Shown piece after piece: positions 54,731-64,000 of a stretch of 64,000 nucleotides of DNA. Position 1 is the first letter of the stretch; every line of letters begins with the position of its first letter. The notes under the pieces are model-generated. The model searched no databases and had not been told where the DNA came from. It worked only from the letters and a program-made list of their open reading frames with translations. Origin of the DNA: Syncephalis fuscata S228 (taxonomy: Eukaryota; Fungi; Zoopagomycota); assembly GCA_025786725.1 (NCBI GenBank), contig JAHLTZ010000044.1, positions 90,477 through 154,476 on the forward strand, written 5' to 3'. The translations under genes and the position numbers were made by a program.

Positions 54731-56729
54731 TTAACTCATACTGTATTTTTGAATGTATACCACCGATACTATTAGATGATAATAGCAGCAATACTATTAA
54801 ATGACATATATTTAAGTATTTAATGTGATATTATTGATTATATGCTATAATTTATTTCAATTATTTTTTTATTGGGCTGCATGCACGATAACCTCAGCAT
54901 TGCTATTCATACACTTTCACCAAGGCCATGACTATAAGATCAATACTAGCCATACATGTAATGCATAGCGTTTATTATACAACAATTATAAAGTGCTTTA
55001 TGGTCGCTCAAGCATAACAGCAAACTATAAGTGTATCAATAATAGTATTATAGATATTAATGAACGTAGTGCGGTGTCATCTCCAGTGTCTACAGCACGA
55101 CAATTACTATTCTTACATATTGCTATAGCATCGACAATAAAATAAGTATATGATGTCTGCAATGCATTATCAATCAATCTTGGATATGCTCATTCATTTG
55201 AAGCATTACAAGGTATTTATTGTTTTGGTATAATATTGACCAACTTGTATACTGTAGTATTCAACTATCTAAAAGCATATAATATTGATAGACAACCAGT
55301 TTTTCATCTATATCATAGCACGTAAAGCAGCTGCAACTGATACATTAATAGCAATGGATATAGCTACAGATACAAGTATTTGTATAGACATCAAATACAC
55401 TACAGCTATACCTATTTAGTATATTACATACATATTGAAATAGCAATCAATTAAATAAGTGGACAAACCAATCATGTAAATATAAATAAACTGATTGTTA
55501 TGACTATTAGAATCTGTGAAAATAGCTTGAATAAATACCATGCTATATTATTACAACTACATTTATTGCATAAACAATATGGTATTATTTCAGTCGTATA
55601 CATTTGTTGTTAATTTGCAGTATTCATGGTGCTGTTGTTATGAAAAGTAAATATAATATCAAATGTCACATGTCTGTTGGTTGTTGTGATTGCACCATAT
55701 GGTTTATCGAACTATTTACTAGTTTAGCAAGGTGTAAACGTACCATTTAATATTCATGTTCAATACATGCCTATTTTGACTAATAAAATAGCATTAACCC
55801 GCATGAGTGCAACGACATAGTGATGCTACAAGTTGTATATACAAATATTCTACTGCAAATAAACAATAATTCAAACTATTATTTTTAAAATACTTAGATG
55901 TAAAATAGAGATAATTCTACATAACCTAAAATACAAAATCATGTAGGGTAAAACCAAGTATAAAAATATATGTTTACAATACAGGATAGAAGAGTACGAA
56001 TACAATCGTAAATGGTAGACAGAAACTAGAGCAATAACAATAGTGTGCTTCAAAGAATAGTCAAATATGTGACAATGTAAATTACAAATGATATGATATA
56101 AAGACGTAATACCTATCTAGTATAATTTGCACAACAGTACAAGGTTTAATTAAACATATTTGCTTTGCTTTTTAAAGCAATATATATTTTATTATGTTTT
56201 GTTATAACTACTATTTTAAATCATATATTACATTGAATACTTTAATAGCTAATGTTTCCATATTACGCAAAGTATCATTAAAATACTGCTTACGGGTACC
56301 ACTTTGCGTCATTCCGTTAATACAATTTTGCAAAAAATGGCAGTAAAACAAAATATTGTTGCTAGACAACACAAAGTGCTATTTCATCTATACATTTCTA
56401 CAAAAGGTGACGGCTTATTCGTTTAAATATAGAAAATTCAAACTATGCTATGCCTAATTTAAAAAGTAAATTTATATGATTACAAGCTAGATTAAAAATT
56501 ATATTAAAAATTGAACGCTTAGTTCCTCCACCTTCGCTTGCTGCAAATTGAGGCCACAAGGCAGGACAGCCATATTTACAGTAATCAAGTTAACCCACCA
56601 AGCGGCTGTTTGCTCAAACTGCAAAAACAACTTTAAAACTCTAAATTTTGAATAACTAAATAAGAAAATCTAAGCGTTTTACCTAAGCAAATTAGCAAAA
56701 TAAATCAATCAAATTTTAATTTATTATTA

Positions 56730-59020
56730 TACTCGCTAATTAGCACAGCATTGATATTAGTATTGTTGATAACAATAAGCATATGTTTATGCTAGTTTAT
56801 GGACACATCAATTGCTATACACTCAAATATACATATACGTCATTGTAATCACTTGCTGTGTAAGTCACTGTTTGCTGCTAGATAGCTGTTATTAAAAGCG
56901 TCTGCAATTGTAAATATAATTAGTTTTATTAAACATACTGCAAACGTGTGCTAACTATGTCGAATACAATATGTATGTTTTGTCAAATGTAGTTAGCAGT
57001 GCCACATTTATACACGCTAACACCTATCTAGCACAGTACATTGTCAATTACATCGATGTAGTGGTCATTAATAGTGCCGTTATCGGCATTACAATGTATA
57101 CGCCATGCTAAACATTTGACATACATATAAATACGCGCCTATTGATACGCAGCAATAGCAACTCTGATATTAATTAGTAACAAATACAAGTATAGAAGCT
57201 GTTGTTTAGTAGTCTTGCAGCATTACCGGTAGCAGCCGAGTGATATTACTAATGGCTAATGATAATACGTGCTAATGAGTTGTACAATATAATTGCACTA
57301 TTAATAAGCAATACAGCTAAGTAATCTAAAAGTTATAGCTCTTGACATGTATGTTAGTATGTACTTGATACCAATGATCAACACTATTGTTGAACAATAA
57401 ATAGTAGTGTCGTTGCGATTGATTTTAATCAAAATACATGCCAATAATTATTAAATATCAAATAGTAGCAACATAGTAATGCATATTTGTGTGCTACTAA
57501 TAATAATTAATACATTAGCTATACTATTAATCATGCTGTTCAGGTAACATAAACACATAATCAATACTAATAATAATAGTAATATATGTATATTAACTAA
57601 CAATGGCCAACCGTTACTACACGAATCAATGTTAAAAACTGTAATTAGCTGCTTATTAATTACAATTAACTAATTAACTAATCAATACTTTTTAATTAGC
57701 GTTTATATAGAATTGTATTATCAAAGTGGCAGAGAGATTATTATAGCATTTTTCAATTGAGCAAGTAATTTTGACCGATTTTTAATTCCATCAGTAATGT
57801 AACTATAAATATGCAATACTACCTATTATGATTGCATATTTTTGGCACATCAGCACATATAAATTATGTACTTTTAAGACATCATGGAAAAGTGCTAACA
57901 ACTAAAAAAATGCTTGAAAATATCGTTTTTATAATAGTATTTTTGTTTTTATTTTTAGTACCTTCTCATAATTTTTAAAAATACATAACTTATATGTATC
58001 AGCGCATCAAGACTATATGGTCATAATGAATAGCATTACATCTTTATAGATACATTATTGATGGAATTAAAAATCGAAAAAATCAATTGTTTAATCAAAA
58101 AGCTGTAATGACTCACTTTGCCGTTTTGGTAATAAAAAACATACAAATACTAATAAATAGCTAATTACATGTTTTGTTTATAGTTATTATTTGTTTATGT
58201 TGTCTGGTTAGCCTTGTTATTATTATGGCTGGTTTATTAATAATCATTATTATTATATGCTCATGCATTCCAATGCTGATATTATTCGATACACAATGAC
58301 TATTGACACGTATTCTCATTACAATGAATAACAACCATAATACTATTTATTGCATATTTATATCGATAGTATTGATTAATAATATTGCATGTACACTGAC
58401 GCACATTTCAACAACTGTGTTGCTGTATGTTGCTTGACTATATACTTTGTAATACTACATCCAACATGTACAACCTATTAGCATATTAGCATTAGTTATC
58501 ATCAATGTAGGCTGGCTGTTACCGATAATGTTGTAAGTATACTAGGCAGCAGTTTCTATATTCTTATTTATTACTAATGAGTGTTAGTGTTGTTGTTGCT
58601 ATGTATCACTAGATGCGTATGTATATAAATATCAACTGTCTGATATGGCGTTTATATTGTAATATTGACAACAACGCTAGTAGTGATTACTAAGCCAATG
58701 TGGTTAGCAATGTAGTACGTCAGATAGCTATCGGTGTGCATGCATGTACCACTGTTGACTACAGCTGGCAAGACATGCAAATTGTATAAACATAGTTAGT
58801 ACACATCTGCACTATGTCTAATGAAGCCAACTTTGTCTTCAGTTGCCGATACTGTTGATAACAACTATCTAACAGCAGACACTGACCTATACATTAATTG
58901 CTTACAATAATGCATATGTTTATTGATTGTATAACAATTGATGTATCAATAGCTAGTATATACTGGTGTATACTGTTACCAAAAATGCTAATATTAGTAT
59001 CATGTTAATTAGCAAATAAA
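56730..59020. repeat. ~2.3 kb degenerate inverted repeat (foldback) centred near 57920
   Basis: cgatttttaattccatcagtaatgta (57776) mirrors tacattattgatggaattaaaaatcg (58051). Outer arms also pair: tttgctgctagatagctgttatt with ataacaactatctaacagcaga, and acatcaattgctatac with gtataacaattgatgt. Confidence 0.8.
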
Positions 59021-60309
59021 TCGGTACATTATTAATATGGTATTTTGCTAATGCCAGACAATAAGCTAATTTATTGTTAAGTATGATTAGTCATGTTATA
59101 TATACAGCAATTATTTTGTATATTGCTTTATCAGTGCATATGTGCTAACATTTGGAAAGCACATAGATGGGTGTCACTATAAACACGTCATTGTGTATCA
59201 TTTATTAAAAGCTTTTGCTTTTATATTTATAATAAAAACTGTTTTATTATTCTGCACGTGCATACTCTCTACACACATGTATTATTCTCATTGCATATCT
59301 ATGCCATTTTATATTAATCTTTAATATATTAAATGCATTCCAGTCATTCCATTCGTTATATATTTTCACAAGTTCATAAACTAGTACAATACAGTAATTA
59401 TGTATTGCAATATGCTACAAACACATACCAATACATAATACCATTGTGTTTGTACCCGCCACTTATATAGTTAAATTAAAATAAGATAAAAAATAAAGGT
59501 TTGTTGAGTTTTATTTATAGATCTATACAACTCACTATATGGTTATCAATATATTTTAAATATTATACTTTTAAATCCACACAATTAATATTATCTAACT
59601 TTAATACTATTACACATAAACAGATTTACTAATGTTTATTATGTTTATGACATCAATAAATACTTTACAAGAATCTATCACAACTTTACAAATACTTACT
59701 AATTAGTTTACTTTTTTCTCTCCTCTATATTCAACATTGCTATAAATACAACAGTAATTATTTACATCAAATCAAAAAAATTTTCTTATCAAACATTCAT
59801 TTATCTTCATTGTTATAATCTAACCCAGCCATAACAGTTATACCTCTACATAATACTATACAATTGTGTAGTTTATATATTATAAATGTAAGTATATTAT
59901 ACACTAATCTATAAATATTGATGAACATGCAAGTGTACACACAATGTTAACGGTTGACACAGTTGCTATATTCATGCAATAGCTAACAGTACCATTATAG
60001 GCAAATGAGTGCAGTGATCATTAATAATTAATCAGTAAACTGATTATCAACAACAGCCATTATTAGTTAATTAACTAATCATAAGCAAAATCATTATTAA
60101 CTAATTGGCTACTTAATTATTTAATAAATTATTGTTCACTGCTTAATTTATTAATTAACTAGCTATTAGCTACTATCAAATAAATTATTATTGGCTAATT
60201 AATTAACTGTTAACTGAATTACATTAACAAAACAGATAATGAAGCGTTGCCCACTGGCTTATTAAATAAAATAAAATAAATAACTATTAACTGAATTATT
60301 AATTAACAC

Positions 60310-63300
60310 GATTTTACTTGACTTTTTAGTCTATATTCTATTATTAAATGGCAAGAAATATTTTTATATTTTTAGATAAATATTAACTAACTTTTAATTA
60401 ACTTTTTAACTACTTTTTAGTCTATTTTATTATCAAAATGGTAAAGGGTACTCAGATATTTATTAATTTTTAGTCTATATTTATTGTCAAAATAGCAAGG
60501 GTATCCCTTACATTTTAGTCAAATATTACTTAACTTTTTACTTAACTTTAGTTAACTTTTAATTACTTTTTTAGCCGTATATTTGGTCGATTTTTGTTGG
60601 ATTTTTGTCGGATTTTTTTGGGAAAAACGGCCCAACTCCCCGTATTTTTAATTCCACGGATACTTGTCCTAAAAATACACAGTGCCACTTGTTCGAACCG
60701 CAAGAAGCAGGCGCGTCGATCCTGATATGCTAAAAATCGCCAAAAATCGTGGGAATGCGTGAAAAATACGCGGAGTTGGGCCTCCATACAAAAAACGGCA
60801 CTTTTTGCATGTTTTGATTTTTAATTCATTGGATAAATTTTTGGCGATTTTTTTGAATATCAGGATCGACGCACATATTATTGCGGTCCGAACGAGTGGT
60901 CCTGTGTATTTTTAGAGCAAGTATCCGTAGAATTAAAAATACGGAAGTTCTAGTTTGCTGGTTATAGGGGGATATCTTAGGATTTCGTGAAATATGCCAC
61001 TATAAACTAGTCATCAAACTCCCGTATTTTTAACTCTACGGATAATTGCTCTAAAAATACACAGGACACTCGTTCGACCGCAATGACATGGTGCGTCGAT
61101 CCTAATATTCAAAAAAATCGCCAAAAATTTATCCAATGAATTAAAAATCAAAACATGCAAAAAGTGCCGTTTTTTGTATGGAGGCCCAACTCCGCGTATT
61201 TTTCACGCATTCCCACGATTTTTGGCGATTTTTTAGCATATCAGGATCGACGCGCCTGCTTCTTGCGGTTCGAACAAGTGGCACCGTGTATTTTTAGGAC
61301 AAGTATCCGTGGAATTAAAAATACGGGGAGTTGGGCCGTTTTTCCCAAAAAAATCCAACAAAAATCCAACAAAAATCGACCAAATATACGGCTAAAAAAG
61401 TTAAGTAAAAGTTAACTAAAGTTAAGTAAAAAGTTAAGTAATATTTGACTAGAAATGTAAGGGTATCCCTTGCTATTTTGACTATAAAATATAGACTAAA
61501 AGTTAATTAAAGTTAAGTAATATGGTTAGTTAATTAACTAATGGTAATGATAACCGTTTAACACTTAGTTAACTTGTTAATTACTTAACTAATTACTTAA
61601 CTTTAATTAACTTTTAGTCTATATTTTATTAGTACAAAATAGCAAGGATACCCTTACATTTCTAGTCAAATATTACTTAACTTTTTACTTAACTTTAGTT
61701 AACTTTTAATTAACTTTTTTAGCCGTATATTTGGTCGATTTTTGTTGGATTTTTGTTGGATTTTTTTGGGAAAAACGGCCCAACTCCCCGTATTTTTAAT
61801 TCCACGGATACTTGTCCTAAAAATACACGGTGCCACTTGTTCGAACCGCAAGAAGCAGGCGCGTCGATCCTGATATGCTAAAAAATCGCCAAAAATCGTG
61901 GGAATGCGTGAAAAATACGCGGAGTTGGCCTCCATACAAAAAACGGCACTTTTTGCATGTTTTGATTTTTAATTCATTGGATAAATTTTTGGCGATTTTT
62001 TCGAATATATAGATCGACGCATCATATTATTGCGGTCGAACGAGTGGTCCTGTGTATTTTTAGAGCAAGTATCCGTAGAGTTAAAAATACGTGAAGTTTG
62101 ATGACTAGTTTATAGTGGCATATTTCACGAAATCCTAAGGATATCCCCCATAACCAGCAAACTAAACTTCGCGTATTTTTAACTCTACGGATACTTGCTC
62201 TAAAAATACACAGGACCACTCGTTCGGACCGCAATAATATGGTGCGTCGATCCTATATTTCAAAAAAATCGCCAAAAATTTATCCAATGAATTAAAAATC
62301 AAAACATGCAAAAAGTGCCGTTTTTTGTATGGAGGCCCAACTCCGCGTATTTTTCACGCATTCCCACGATTTTTGGCGATTTTTAGCATATCAGGATCGA
62401 CGCGCCTGCTTCTTGCGGTTCGAACAAGTGGCACTGTGTATTTTTAGGACAAGTATCCGTGGAATTAAAAATACGGGGAGTTGGGCCGTTTTTCCCAAAA
62501 AAATCCGACAAAAATCCAACAAAAATCGACCAAATATACGGCTAAAAAAGTTAATTAAAAGTTAACTAAAGTTAAGTAAAAAGTTAATATTTGACTAAAA
62601 TGTAAGGGTATCCTTGCTATTTTGACATAAATATAGACTAAAAGTTAACTAAAAGTTAAGTAATAGTTAAGTAGTTAAGTAATTAACTAATGGTAATGAT
62701 AACCGTTTAACAACTTAGTTAATTGTTAATTACTTAACTAATTACTTAACTTTAGTTAACTTTTAGTCTATATTTTATAGTCAAAAATAGCAAGGGATAC
62801 CCTTACATTTTAGTAAATATTACTTAACTTTTTACTTAACTTTAGTTAACTTTTAATTGACTTTTTTAGCCGTATATTTGGTCGATTTTTGTTGGATTTT
62901 TGTCGGATTTTTTGGGAAAAACGGCCCAACTCCCCGTATTTTTAATTCCACGGATACTTGTCCTAAAAATACACAGTGCCACTTGTTCGAACCGCAAGAA
63001 GCAGGCGCGTCGATCCTGATATGCTAAAAAATCGCCAAAAATCGTGGGAATGCGTGAAAAATACGCGGAGTTGGGCCTCCATACAAAAAACGGCACTTTT
63101 TGCATGTTTTGATTTTTAATTCATTGGATAAATTTTTGGCGATTTTTTTGAATATCAGATCGACGCACCATATCATTGCGGTTGAACGAGTGGTCCTGTG
63201 TATTTTTAGAGCAATTATCCGTAGAGTTAAAAATACGGAAGTTCTAGTTTGCTGGTTATAGGGGATATCTTAGGATTTCGTGAAATATGCCACTATAAAC

Positions 63301-64000
63301 TAGTCATCAAACTCCCCGTATTTTTAACTCTACGGATACTTGCTCTAAAAATACACAGGACACTCGTTCAACCGCAATGATATGGTGCGTCGATCCTAAT
63401 ATTCAAAAAATCGCCAAAAATTTATCCAATGAATTAAAAATCAAAACATGCAAAAAGTGCCGTTTTTTGTATGGAGGCCCAACTCCGCGTATTTTTCACG
63501 CATTCCCACGATTTTTGGCGATTTTTTAGCATATCAGGATCGACGCGCCTGCTTCTTGCGGTTCGAACAAGTGGCACTGTGTATTTTTAGGACAAGTATC
63601 CGTGGAATTAAAAATACGGGGAGTTGGGCCGTTTTTCCCAAAAAAATCCGACAAAAATCCAACAAAAATCGACCAAATATACGGCTAAAAAAAGTTAACT
63701 AAAGTTAATAAAGTTAAGTAATATTTGACTAGAAATGTAAGGGTATCCCTTGCTATTTTTGACTATAAAATATAGACTAAAAGTTAACTAAAGTTAAGTA
63801 ATTAGTTAAGTAATTAACAAGTTAACTAAGTTGTTAAACGGTTATCATTACCATTAGTTAATTACTAACTAATCATTAACTAATTACTTAACTTTTAGTC
63901 TATTTTTATTAACAAATAGCAAGGATACCCTTACATTTTAGTCAAATATTACTTAACTTTTTACTTAACTTTAGTTAACTTTTAATTGACTTTTTTAGCC
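60310..64000. repeat. Palindromic satellite array of alternating inverted ~570 bp arms, period ~1.15 kb, running off the window end
   Basis: The same block recurs alternately on - and + (mirrored ORFs at 60563-, 61155+, 61699-, 62329+, 62866-, 63448+). Symmetry centres near 60980, 61550, 62130, 62700, 63275 and 63840. Confidence 0.95.

Noticed and set aside
60563-63702. Repeated 74-86 aa ORFs in the terminal array
   Set aside because: They are by-products of the repeat: frames differ between copies through indels and there are no recognisable domains.
60310-64000. CRISPR array or 5S/rDNA repeat
   Set aside because: Eukaryotic context, spacers are repeated and not unique, no cas genes, and no rRNA motifs recognised.

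Overview
Eukaryotic genomic DNA from an intron-rich, AT-rich fungus with short (~45-100 nt) GT/GC-AG introns and CTAAY branch sites. The gene content suggests an early-diverging lineage, possibly Zoopagomycota (inference). Positions ~0.6-53.8 kb hold about 15 protein-coding genes: a LysP-like amino acid permease, IDO/BNA2, an LST2-like protein, RPS24, an Mpo1-like protein, a SWAP splicing factor, ATG22, a PQ-loop transporter, a RhoGEF-BAR-SH3 protein, SPC3, ARL1, an ankyrin/coiled-coil protein, PET127, TOP2, GPI16 and an SDR. Many carry single-base deletions, mostly in homopolymers, that look like long-read assembly errors. Intergenic spaces contain dispersed non-coding repeats of MITE/foldback type. 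After 53.9 kb the window is gene-free: an AT-rich tract with a ~2.3 kb degenerate palindrome, then from ~60.3 kb to the end a nested palindromic satellite (~1.15 kb period) whose unique spacers occur in both orientations. This array is the most unusual structure here. All alignments were done by eye.
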